64,000 bases of DNA, from the NCBI GenBank assembly GCA_032718475.1, contig JAUCBJ010008389.1, positions 103,568 through 167,567 on the forward strand, in the 5' to 3' direction. How positions within the stretch are numbered: position 1 is the stretch's first letter; each line of letters opens with the position of its first letter. The position numbers and the translations under genes were made by a program. The DNA is from Nemertoderma westbladi (Eukaryota; Animalia; Xenacoelomorpha). Below the pieces are notes generated by a model. It was not told where the DNA came from, did not search any database, and worked only from the letters and a program-made list of their open reading frames with translations. This document shows positions 24,081 to 36,472 of this stretch, in pieces.

Positions 24081-25059
24081 TATTATGTTAAGCTCATATA
24101 ATATGTTATGTAATTAATTATAGATTAATTATTGTCTGTATCATTGTTTAAAGCAAATTATAGTTTATACTTGTACGGTTATTATTGTCGGAAGTGTATA
24201 TTAATAAACAAAGTTACGAATAGTATATATTTATCTTTATGTTTAAGTTAACAATAAGTTACAAAAATTTATCTTTAGGTTTAAGTTAACAATAAGTTAC
24301 AAATAACATAAATTTATCTTTAGGTTTTATGTTTTGACATTTATTGAAATATTTTTAGTGTTGTGTAATAATGATTTTTGTTTAATAATATGTAGTCAAT
24401 AATAATACAAATACATCATATGTATGTAGTTGTTACTGTATAATGTCTAAAACATTATGATCTAATAATGTCAATAAACCTAACTAACTAGGAATAGATT
24501 CGTACTGTATAGTATAACTACAGTACATATTGACATGATTATGCGAAAAGTACGACGATTGTATTTATATAACGATGAGCGAGCGCAACGAGGGAAGTGT
24601 ACATAAATATGTGACGGGATTGAGTTCAATGATCCCGACCGGGTTAGGTTGTACGCGTCACTTTGCTGCTGGGCTGCTGAACTAATATCTTGGCCGAAGG
24701 CCGTCGGGAAAATAACAGAGTTTGTGTTTCTCGTTGTTAATGTTCCAATGATAATAGCACAGAATGTATAACAGATAATAGTAGAAATTGCAATACAGAA
24801 TGATATCAGCAGTATATGAAAATGACGGTCTAAACTATTGCCGGTCCCTAACTGTGTGATTAATGAACTGACCGGTAAATCAGTAATCAGGATAATTATA
24901 TGATTGATACACATACATATTGGTTTCACCTCTACTCTACTTTGGCCTTTGCTACCCAATGGATGCTTTCCTATCTTTCCCCACGTGCTCTCCTGCCCGC
25001 TATTGGCTTATATACTAATTGTCACTTTGGCTACTACTAGGATCGGCATGCTGCATTGC

Positions 25060-25715
25060 AGCTGCATTTTTAAGAATGCTGTGCCGGCTTATCGACAAAA
25101 TTGCACCGCCACAACTCCCTATCACCCATGACATTTGCTAGATCATCCGCATCTTCAAGGCCAGTGTCCTTTAAGATGCGCCTCAAGAAAGTCATGGGCT
25201 GTCCACCATGCTTATTCACTCCATGAGGCTGCCAAAGTAGAAGATTATACACTGGTTGGTCCTCACGGCGAAAGCAATGTCCTGCAAAGCGGAGGCGATT
25301 TTGTTCTAGTGTCAAGCTTGGGGGAACCAATGAGACACCTCCAATGTTATATAGTGTCTGGTTGGAGATGTGTGCAGTGTACTTGACACAATGAACCCGG
25401 CGTAGCATTCTTGTGAATGTGCCATCCAGAGATTTGGTGTCCTCAGCAGTTAGAACCCAGCATGGAGGAGTCCTCCATAGAGGAGTACTGGATCTACTGC
25501 TGCTCTAAATAATCGGACCTTAAGTTTCCGATTAATTCTCGGTGACTTCCAAATCCTGGAAAGCCTATTCAAGGCTGCCCACTTTGGCACTCCCTGTAGG
25601 TGTTACCCCCTGCCGCTAGCCTCGACTAGCTGGGTACTCCCTCTGAGGTGGTTTGACCTCTCACCCCTCTCTGTGGCTTTAGGGCCTGTGTCGCCCCCCC
25701 GAGTTGGTTTATGAG
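25060..25715 (-). mobile_element. RTE-clade non-LTR retrotransposon fragment
   Basis: RLRFAGHCFRR...LLLWQPHG...GGQPMTF...DTGL...MGDRELWR matches the RTE ORF C-terminus. Confidence 0.75.
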
Positions 25716-25998
25716 GCGAGATTATTAATGGTAATCTCATATCGCCAACTATATTGGTAAAATGTCACTGGTCCCATTTTCGGGAGGGTAATGTAAGGGA
25801 ATATACAAGCGTCATAAACGCTGAATAATGCTCCACAATTAGTACAATGCAGTTGGGTACCTCTATCTATCTATAGGTTATCTAGGGGTTATCTACAAAT
25901 CCCTACACTGTAGGTCCTATATACTGTACTGTGCAGTAATAAATAAAGAACTACTAGGCCTATACATAGACCTACTGAATTTAGTTATAGTTAACACA

Positions 25999-27719
25999 AT
26001 GAACCAAATATTATTTATCGTTGGTTTGTGCGGCCTTATAAGTTTGGCGATGGCAGCGAGGCCTATGGACATTGAAGACGACGACAATCAGGTGAAAATT
26101 TGTTCGAAGGTGGATGGAGACGGGAGAGCCAAGTGTTTGGTGGCGAGAAAAAGGCCCGGGTCCGATGATAATGCGGCTGGGGGTCAAGGCAACAAAGGGG
26201 CCATTGTCATATTTGACAGAGAACAGGGACAGGAAAAGGTGAGTGGTAATAATCATAAACTGATATTAGCCAGGCCAGGAGGACGTTAAGCGTGTACTAC
26301 ATTTGGGAAAGCTGCATTTAGTAGTGCCTTTTGTGGATGCTTCTTATTACAACTATTTGACTTCTAATGTTGTTCAAAGTTGTTTAATACATTACAATTA
26401 AATGGTTCTAAAACATTGGGAAAAATACCAAAATACGTAGACTTATAGACAGGCAAGCTTGCCAACGAGAGCTGGCAATATGGACGGATCCATTGCTATA
26501 AATATTGTTGTAATAAATTACGCGCCTAAGCAGGGCAGCCTAATAAGTAATAACGATAGTAACAATGTGTTGGCAACCTCGAGGTTAAGACCCCCAGACC
26601 CCTTCCTATATAATAAATGTATAAGTAATAACGATTGAGACCCAATAGTTGTCAATGTGGAGCAGACAGCATACATAGGCCTACACGAAGTGGGGCCTTC
26701 GCGCAGCACGTGAAATGAGTTAATGCTAAGTATCAACTCGAAAGGATTATAAAAACATAGGAGAAGATTTTCCCGGAAAACGTTAACCCTCTAGCGGGAG
26801 ACTGGGTAACTGAAGAAGGAAGGATTAGTTTCCCTACAAAGCCACAGCCTATGGTCTATTACATATCTGCCAAATTTCAGCATAAATGGATTAAAAGCAA
26901 AGAAATGGGAGGACATTTAACGTTTAGACATGTGGCCCTCTAGCAGGAGACTATTGCTCTGATGGTGTCTGAAAGTCTCTCAAACGTCTCAACTTTTGAT
27001 CATATTGATGCCTACAAATTTTCAACTTGGCAGCTTTAAATTCGACAAAGTTATAAGCATGTCAATATCATAACGACGACAACGATTTCACTTTCAGACA
27101 TTTGGCCCTCTAGCGGCAGACTGGAGAACTGCAGATGGATTCGCCTCCTTTGAAAGTCACAGCTAATGGTCTAATACATATCTGCCAAGTTTCAGCTTAA
27201 ACGGATTAAAAGCAAAGAAATGGGAGGGCATTTAATGTTTAGACATGTGGCCCTCTAGCGGGAGACCATTGCACTGATGGTGTCTGAAAGTCTCTCAAAA
27301 ATCTCAACTTTAGCTCATATTGATACCTACAAATTTTCAACTTGGCAGCTTTAAATCCGACAAAGTTATTAGCATGTCAAAATCGTAACGACGACAACGA
27401 TTTCACTTTCAGACCTTTGGCCCTCTAGCGGCAGACTGGAGAACTGCAGATGGATTCGCCTCCTTTGAAAGTCACAGCTAATGGTCTAATACATATCTGC
27501 CAAGTTTCAGCTTAAACGGATTAAAAGCAAAGAAATGGGAGGGCATTTAATGTTTAGACATGTGGCCCTCTAGCGGGAGACCATTGCACTGATGGTGTCT
27601 GAAAGTCTCTCAAAAATCTCAACTTTTGCTCATATTGATACCTACAAATTTTCAACTTGGCAGCTTTAAATCCGACAAAGTTATTAGCATGTCAAAATCG
27701 TAACGACGACGACGACGAC

Positions 27720-27751
<32 letters not shown>

Positions 27752-30700
27752 CAACGACGACGACGACAACTATTTGCATAAATTGACCCACCCCCTAACA
27801 GTGTCAATTCGCTAAGGCTCCGCCAACTTCGTGGCTCGCCCCACAACTTGGATTCGTCCAATATAATATAGACTTGGAGGTATAGCACAAGGCTCACAAG
27901 GCTAATACACACTGTACGGTGTAAAAAGTAAAAGTAAAGTAAATTTTCTTCGGCCGCTAGGCCAGGGATTACGCACACAGTCTGACGACTTATTTCCAGT
28001 GCGGTCCCCCCAGAACTTTACTCCCCAGAGGTAACTCCAGTACTCTTTTAGCTACCACTTAAGGATGCAAGGCAGAGATGCGCCCTGGCTGGTCCCTTTA
28101 AAAAGCATTAGTGCCGAAACGAAAACTGCCCTGGCCCATGTGAGGATCGAACCCACGACCTATGGGAGATGTGAATTCAATGAAACCACTACACCATAAT
28201 GTGGAACCTCGTGTACATATCCGGAATCACTTAATACCGAAGAAATGAGTTAGTAAGGGTGTACAACATAGTATACGTTAGCCCATACTGAAGTACACGT
28301 TCGTGGGGCCTTCGCGCAGCACGAAGTGAGCAAAGCCATTAGCATATGGGCACCATTAACGAGTTGTCTGCCGTTAGTCAGAAGTCTTCAACACAATACT
28401 CGTCCTCCTCTTGTGCCTCGTTACGTTCGTTCGCTTTTGACCAAACTTCAGATTCTTTCTAAACTTTTGACGGACTACATACGTACCAAGTTTCGTTTAA
28501 TTTTATCGAGGAATAACCGAGTTATTAGCGATCAAAAATTTACGACGACAGACGACGACGACAGACGACGACGACGACAGACAACTCGCCAATGGCACCC
28601 ATATGCTTAGGCTTCGCTCACTTCGTGGCTCGCCCCACATAGGCATAGTATTACTGCCTAGGCACCGGGTACTACCTAGGCACCGGGTACTGCCTAGGCA
28701 CCGGCAACGTGTACACGTTCTCGGGGGCATTGCACAGCAGAGGCTCAGTTATGAGACACAAATTAAAATTGAGTGATTCTATTATAAAATCGGTACGGTA
28801 TTTTGTATTTAATATATTTAACCGCCAATAAATCAAAGAAGAGGGGAAAGTTCCTTCCCTTCAACCCCAAACCCCATTCCTAATCTGCAACACCCCAACC
28901 CAAAGGCGCACTGAGGATTGATGACAGGCAGGTATTGAAACAGCATGTGTTTAAAAGTAAGATATTTTAGACGTGGAGGCGTCAAAATGTGTACGAAATA
29001 TTAATAATTACCTTATGCCGATGTGGGGCGAGCCACGAAGTGAGCGAAGCCTTAGCATATGGGTGCCATTGGCGAGTTGTCTGTCGTCGTCGTCTGTCGT
29101 CGTCGTCGTCGTCTGACGTCGTAAATTTTTGATCGCTAATAACTCGGTTATTCCTTGATGAAATTAAACGAAAGTTGGTACGTATGTAGTCCGGCAATAG
29201 TTTAGAAAGAATCTGAAGTTTCGTCAAAAACGAACGAACGCAACGAGGCACAAGAAGAGGACGAGTATTGTGTTGAAGACTTCCGACTAACGGCAGACAA
29301 CTCGTTAATGGTACCCATATGCTAGAGGCTTTGCTCACTTCGTGATGGGCGAAGACCCCACGAACGAGTACTGTTACTGTAGCCTTGATACTGAAATATT
29401 ATTGAATTAATTTTTCTTTTTTCTTTTTAAAGTTAGCTAATATATTTTTCATTCCTTGTGTAAGATAAGCTTAGATAATTACGTTTCTGGATTATTGAAT
29501 GTGGGGCGAGCCACGAAAGTAAGCGAGCTTAGCATACAGGTACCACTAACTCAATCGTTGTGTCTGTTTTCTGTCGTTCTGTCGATCTGTCGTGTTCAAC
29601 TTTAAACGTTAATAACTCAGCCAAATCTCGATGAAATCTATCCAAACTTGGTACACATGTTGTTTGACAAAAGTTTAGAAATTTTCAAAGTTGAAACCTG
29701 AATTTGCGTGTGGCCTTCGTGAAGGTAAGATAAATGTGGCCTTCGAGAAGGTAAGATAAATTAAGTTAATTGATTACTTAAGTTGATTACGGTAAAAACA
29801 GCATTTTAAACCTGCCTTTTATGGAAATTAATTATTTTATAGTATAAGCTATGCATAATTATACTTAAAAATTATACAGCTGTAATCCCCATACCCCATT
29901 CCATTATAGTTTTTAATTAGTTCAAGTGATTTGGTTTAAGAAATGTGTTTTTATTAGAGCTAAACGTAATTAAGTTATTAAAATGCCATCGCCACGCTAT
30001 ACTTCCCTCTCTCATCCCGTCATTCTATACTTCCACCTCCATCATTATTTGGCATGCTATTGCCTAGCCCAACTGCTGGCGCGGGGAACCAGTCCAACCA
30101 CATCAACACTTTACTCGGCCAGCAATGGGTAATTACATAATCTATAGGACATAGGCATAGTAGTGTAAGGTGCCAGACTATGAAGCCGCTTGTTATTACA
30201 GTATTATTATTTATCTCGCAAAATGATTTCCTGAGTATTTAATCGTGATTCTTTATAGAATAATTATCTAAATAAATTCGTTGATAAATTAATATTTCAG
30301 AATCAATACTATCGGCATAAGTTAAGTTTTAATTTCTTACAAATTGTTTCGCCTCTATGCCTAAAATTTGAAACACAAATTTCCTGTTAATAACTGCCTT
30401 TCATCAATCCTCTGTGCGCCTTTGGGTTGGGTTGTTGCAGATTAAGAGGGGGGCTGAAGGGGGGGAACTTTCCTCACTTGATTTATTCTTCTTATTATTT
30501 TTTTTATTATTATATTAATGTATAATAATAAAAATATATGTTATAACAATTATTAATATTTTATAATTATAATACTCATAATAATTAATATTTAATAATA
30601 ATTATTATTTATTATATTTATTATTATTTTAATTATAATTATAACATACATTAATATATATATTTATATGTTATAATAATTATATTAATTGTGAATTTAT

Positions 30701-33700
30701 TTTTTTATTTTACTGTATTATTTATTTCTTACTATTGTTTTTTTTGTTAGTTTGTACGGGGTGGTAGACTCTATTATTTACCTGTTTATGTTTTAGATAT
30801 CTACAACAAGCCCCCTGTTAGTCAGTATGTCGCGTGCGACCTTTAAGTATCATTTATTCTTATTGGCGGTTTGGTTAAATTTCTTAATTACCGATTTTGG
30901 GATAGAATTGCTCAAATTTAATCTGTATCTGATGACTGTGCCTCGTGCTGCGTGAAGGCCCCACGAACGTGTTTTTAATGTCCTACTAACTAAAAGATAT
31001 AAAAATATAATTTCAACCTCCATTTTATTACTGTTTCTATTTTATTCCCGTTTTATTAATGTACGTATGAGTTGCAGGTTAACCCATGGAATACTAAATA
31101 TAGACGGAACCATACTAGTGTTATTTCGTATTTTGCATAGAAGGGCTATAAGAATTTTGCTTAAAATGTACAATTATAATGAACATTAATAATCTATATT
31201 TAGTATTCCATGGTTAACCAAAGTTATTAAACAATAATTTGCAATAACGTATATGTATCCGGACGTAATTGTTCCCATTACCCAAAACAATAAATAAGGT
31301 TTCCATTTGTCTGGGTATCTTTTGTCCTAGACCCATCCAATAGGCCACCTTATTATTCTCTTGTTGCTGGTAGGGTAGGACAGTAGGAGGGACTGAAACC
31401 ACCATTATTAATTTTTAGGCTACAGACAGGATGGTTGTTGTATTTAGAGACGTGAGGATTAGTGGCCAAGCAGCTGCCGGTGGCCAAAACCTGTTTACGG
31501 GAAACGTCTTGAATACTCTAACCGTGCAGACAGTGGATCGATCCTGGCCCGGTCCTGATGAAAGCGGTGAGTTCAGTTTAGTAGAAAAGAAACACAAAAA
31601 CCACAGTCTAAGAATTCAGCGATTATCGACCTCAATCACGATCGCAGAATGGGTGAAATAGGCAACTCCAAACAGATCAAACACGATATGCCTATAATAT
31701 TGAACAATCACTCGCCACTACATGTTGTGTATACATGTGCAATGATGATAAACATTTAAAATAATTAAATATAAAAAAGCAAATTGTATATCCATTTATT
31801 TTAATTAGATGACCAACTTATTAAATGGATCGATGGAAAATCCTACTGCATTATTTACGGTCAGGAAACCTGCTGGGCCAGCAGGCCCTCTAATTTAGTG
31901 GGACGAAAATTAGTGTAGGCCTACTCGATTATATTACACTGGGTGGGGCGTACAGTAGTCCACTCTCTGTGAGAAGTGAATAACATAATCTCTATGGGGG
32001 CAGACAAAGTAAGTAACCACCACTTCAAGCGTTGCTGGATGCGCTCTAGCGGGAATCTGGAGAACTGCTGAATCCTCCCACGCAAACTATATTTCAGATT
32101 TTCGACAGACTACATCACATGTAGTCTGTATACCAAATTTGGTTTAATTTCATAGGTACGTTTATTTCGTCGCCTGCCCCACTATTATATTGGATAAATA
32201 TGTGGAATGTCCAGTAGTAAGATACTGTATAATATTCCGGAAAATTATAAGTTTCTTTTCGCAGATTTGGAAACAAAATGCGTTCAACTGGAGTGGAATC
32301 TTGGGGAAGCCAAAATTCGTCATTTGTGTTGCCTCTTTGATGGAAACGGAACTATTACAGTAAGTTGTTTGGATTACACTGTTGTATGTAGCAAGCGAAA
32401 ACATGCAAGCAAAGGGTCGGTCGAAGCCGGAGGCGACCCGAATGCTCCTCTTTCGATAGATGCTACCCGAGGGTATGGGTGGACGCTACTCTTATCCCAA
32501 GTTTTGCACCCAAAAATTCAACTGGTACTCATTTGATCGACGCCAGTGGATGTAAAGCTGAGTAGTAGACCCTGGCGGGGCTGAACGAACATAGATTCAA
32601 TAGATTGCAGGCCCGGAGCTCAACTAACTGAGCTTGTCCCACACTTTCCTCCGCTACGTACTGCTGTACGTAGCGGACAGTAAATTAATGCTTTTTCAGC
32701 TTGTCTGAATCAGGCCTATACAATTTTTAGGTTGAAGGAGAAGACATCGCTGTTCTTCGGGGAAACCTCAAATGCAACATTGAGTTCGATGACGTCACTG
32801 GTCTTCAACAACAGGATAAATTTCTGAATATCAAAATGCTGGTTCTCTCAAAAACAGAAGACACAGCTGCTGTTCCAGAGGATAGTGAGTGCCTGCAGGA
32901 AGATGGATCGAAATGCTTAAAAAATAAACGTTTTGACTTGCCGGAAGGGAACGAAGTGATATTCCCCACTTCCGTAAGTAGAGCTATAAATATAAATAAA
33001 GCCATGAAGATTATTGGCCTACACGTAGCCTATTTTCTGTGAATAGATTATTCATTCCTAGTCATGTAAGGTATTAAGGTAAAGATTACGGTGCAAACTG
33101 TACTTTCTGCTGCGTGATGCTAATTTAGTCTCAAGTGCACAATGCGTAAACTGATAGATTATTATAGTAAGCTAAAGTAACGAAACAATAGTTTATTAGT
33201 GTTTTAGATTATTAATTTCACGAATAAACGGACATAGAGGCTCATAAGAAAACCTTCGCAAATAATCTATTTAATGATTGGATCTCATGCCTAACATCCT
33301 AAAGTATCTGAAATTAGAAATAGGAGGCAAATCCCGTTATGTGCGGGCTCCTACTTGAAAGTTGAAATTTACTGTTAATTGTTTTACGTTTTCCAAAATT
33401 GCTGTGCGAATTTTGCCTACAATTAAGGCGGAAATACAGTCATTATAAATAACATTAATCCTAGTCTGTTTATTTGCCTGTGTGAGAGATGGTTCAACCT
33501 CGGTTGTGTTTAAGAAATAAATTAATATTGGTTTCCTAGAAAGCAATCAACTTCGTTTGAAAAAGTAACAAAACGCTATTGCGAATTTTGTAATTCCGTA
33601 ACGAAAACATGACATTTTTAAAATAGCTTTTAAACTACTCAACATGTGACATTCAAATTCTAAATTATCTTCCTCTAACCGATGGGCAATACTCAAATAT

Positions 33701-36472
33701 TTTCCTTTTGTGGCAATGTGATATATAAGTCGATATATTTGCGTTACGAAATTACAATTTCACCTTTCGGAATTACGTTACGGAATTACAATTTTCCAAA
33801 ACTGTATGACGTTAGTGTTGGTGTAGAGTGGTGCACTGCGAAACGTTAGTGATTGTGTAGACTGGTACACAGCGAGACATCAGTGTTGGTGTAGACTGGT
33901 ACACAGCGAGACATCAGTGTTGGTGTAGACTGGTACACAGCGAGACATCAGTGTTGGTGTAGACTGGTACACAGCGAGACATCAGTGTTGGTGTAGACTG
34001 GTACACTGCGAGACATCAGTGTTGGTGTAGACTGGTACACTGCGAGACATCAGTGTTGGTGTAGACTGGTACACAGCGAGACATCAGTGTTGGTGTAGAC
34101 TGGTACACTGCGAGACATCAGTGTTGGTGTAGACTGGTACACAGCGAGACATCAGTGTTGGTGTAGACTGGTACACTGCGAGACATCAGTGTTGGTGTAG
34201 ACTGGTAAACTGCGAGACGTTAGTGTTACGTTGGTGTAGACTGGTACACAGAGAGACATCAGTGTTGGTGTAGACTGGTACACAGCGAGACATCAGTGTT
34301 GGTGTAGACTGGTACACAGCGAGACATCAGTGTTGGTGTAGACTGGTACACTGCGAGACGTTAGTGTTATGTTGGTGTAGACTGGTACACAGCGAGACAT
34401 CAGTGTTGGTGTAGACTGGTACACTGCGAGACGTTAGTGTTATGTTGGTGTAGACTGGTTCACCGAGAAGGAACATTAGTGTCGTTCATAATGTATTTCT
34501 AAGTTTTGTTATTCAATATACAATGCATAGGAGCCTTATGATTATCATCGATATAACACCCCCCCCCCCCCCCCCCCCTTACACAAGTAACTGTAGTTTC
34601 TACAGTTACCTCTAACGTTCGCATTCAAAGTATTGTATTACAGTATATTGCCATTTTTATACCAGAACAATATTGTCCTAATTCAATGACACGACCCCCC
34701 CCCCCCCCCCCCACAAATATTTCTACAAATCGTAATGATAAATGAGATTGCATGAAATTTGTAACAAAGAGAGTTTCACTTCTCGACCACTTAGTGGGTG
34801 AGCCAGAATTTTTATTTTTGCTTTCAATATTTAGCTACAAGCGTCAAAAAGTGTCCCGGCGATATTGCACAAGTTCCACCGCAGTTATTCTTCAACCTTG
34901 TAGTGGTGATTTGTTGGTGCTGATGTCTAGCTGGCTGTGCAAGGATTCCAAGGATGTAAAAACATTTTAATTTGGTTAGGAAGTAGCTGAGATAATGAGC
35001 GTTCAAAAAATACATGGTTTTGACAGTACGAGGCTATTTTATTCTATTTAATAAATACACCATAATCTGGAACAGATTGTTGATGTATGAATATCTATGT
35101 AATAGTATGATTAGAAATGTAATGCATTGTTGCCCAGCTACTTAATGGAATAAACAAAATGTTCCAGAAAATGATGCATTAATTAAATAGAATAAAACAG
35201 CCTCGCACAGATGCAAAACCATGCAACATTTGAACGTCCGTATCTCAGCTATATTTCAACGAAATTCAAACTTTAATTAAATTTCAACTTTAAAAAAATT
35301 CCAAAAAACCCTTGTCTTTTTCGTGTATTTCCGTAACGTAATGTTTGTGGTATTAAAAATAATAAATCCGAGGCAAATGGAGTAAAACTAACGAAATCAA
35401 TGTGTTCTCTGATAATTTGTCTCACTATGCTCCACAAATTAACGTTCGTCATCTTCGAAACACCAAATAACTCTTTATCTGGAAAAAGTCGTGCGAAATG
35501 TAATTCCGTAACGATGAAATTCATGAGATGTAGTGCCGCCAAAACAATGTTTGTGGGAGCAAAACGGTTTACATTGCCACTATATTCGATGGATGCGTAA
35601 GCAAATGGTATGTAATTAATTGGCCACATTATAGGCCTAGTGTAGTACAGTAATACAGTGCTATTGGATTAAGTGTGTTAGTTTTTAACCGAGAAAATTT
35701 ACTTCAATTCTCTATTATCCAGATAGTGGCGCACATTGGCAGCAATTGAAAAAGGTGCTCTAGCTCAAATGAAATAAAGTTTAGTTTATTGTTTTGGTTA
35801 GAAAACACCGATCCGATACTGTAACCTGATCCGTTTTCCAACAAAACTAATATTTTGCATCAGCGGTAATTTTGTGACATATTGGCCTGGTATCATAAAG
35901 TTATCGTAAAGTTACGTTAACATAATGTGAGAAACCCATTCTCCTTACTGTACACAGTAAATTGCATTATTTTTAATTAATTTTACTTTAATGAATTTAA
36001 ATTTCTTAATGAATTTTAATTCTAAAATTTTATAGATAATACATGCGGCGATGTAGACTGAAGCTTATACTGAAGTTAGGTTTAACACCACAAGTGTGAG
36101 TATTTAGTACGTATGTATGATTTGTGGTACCGTTACGAATGAAACAATGGCAAACATATTTAGCGTAAATTAAGGCAAATTTAACAATAAAAAAGGTTTC
36201 AATTCATGGTGTTTGTATTTCAGTGTCAACGCGAGATTGCCGCAGGTACCGCAGAGTCTGTCGACCTACAGATTGAAGCTACGAATAACGGACGCCGACC
36301 TGGGTTCCGAGTGTCTATACCTCTACCGGGAACCAACTCGGATTCGAGTGTCGCAAAGATTGTCTGCGACCCCATCTACCTGCCGGGTGGCGGCGATCAG
36401 TCTGCTGCTCCAGTAATGTCTCCCATTGTAGTCCTGGTTGCCATGGCTGCTTTATTTACTCTAATCCACTAA
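25999..36472 (+). CDS. Multi-exon secreted, probably GPI-anchored protein, SAARP/CARP4-like (copy 1); exons 25999-26238, 31419-31566, 32265-32359, 32731-32973, 36224-36472, possibly more
   Basis: Signal peptide MNQILFIVGLCGLISLAMA. All listed exons have canonical AG/GT borders and compatible phases (0,1,0,0). Hydrophobic C-terminus SAAPVMSPIVVLVAMAALFTLIH. The first two exons are duplicated at 55817 and 63336. Confidence 0.8.
26682..27845 (-). mobile_element. DINE-1/HINE-like element, same family as 22764-24080, opposite strand
   Basis: Same termini, (GAC)n tract and internal units in reverse complement. Confidence 0.65.
27945..28162 (-). mobile_element. tRNA-derived SINE fragment
   Basis: The minus strand reads AGGTCGTGGGTTCGATCCTCACATGGGCCA (T-arm/B box) followed by a non-tRNA body. 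No A box/D-arm is visible. Confidence 0.45.
28294..28639 (-). mobile_element. Short DINE-1/HINE-like element with about 50-bp subterminal inverted repeats
   Basis: Same terminal motifs as the longer copies, with a GTC/GTCT tract; inverted copy of 29022-29370. Confidence 0.65.
29022..29370 (+). mobile_element. Short DINE-1/HINE-like element
   Basis: TGTGGGGCGAGCCACGAAGTGAGCGAAGCC...GGCTTTGCTCACTTCG...CCCCACGAACGAGTA. Confidence 0.65.
29500..30972 (+). mobile_element. Third DINE-1/HINE-like subfamily copy, AT-rich interior
   Basis: 5' TGTGGGGCGAGCCACGAAAG and 3' GAAGGCCCCACGAACGTGT. Parts recur inverted at about 28710-28930. Confidence 0.5.
32440..32640 (-). mobile_element. SINE fragment with a Nin/Deu-like core
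   Basis: The minus strand has CTCAGCTTTACATCC...GTCGATCAAATGAGTACCAG, resembling conserved invertebrate SINE core domains. Confidence 0.4.
33808..34482. repeat. 34-bp minisatellite (about 19 copies) in an intron
   Basis: The unit CAGTGTTGGTGTAGACTGGTACACAGCGAGACAT is repeated head-to-tail without spacers. Confidence 0.95.

Noticed and set aside
28132-28162. tRNA gene
   Set aside because: Only the T-arm/3' half is present and no cloverleaf forms; better explained as a SINE head.
33808-34482. CRISPR-like periodicity (34 bp)
   Set aside because: Units are contiguous with no unique spacers, there are no cas genes, and it lies in a eukaryotic intron: a minisatellite.
36036-36095. Additional exon of gene copy 1
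   Set aside because: It has a good donor, but use of the obvious acceptor gives a stop in all three frames. It cannot be placed without transcripts.
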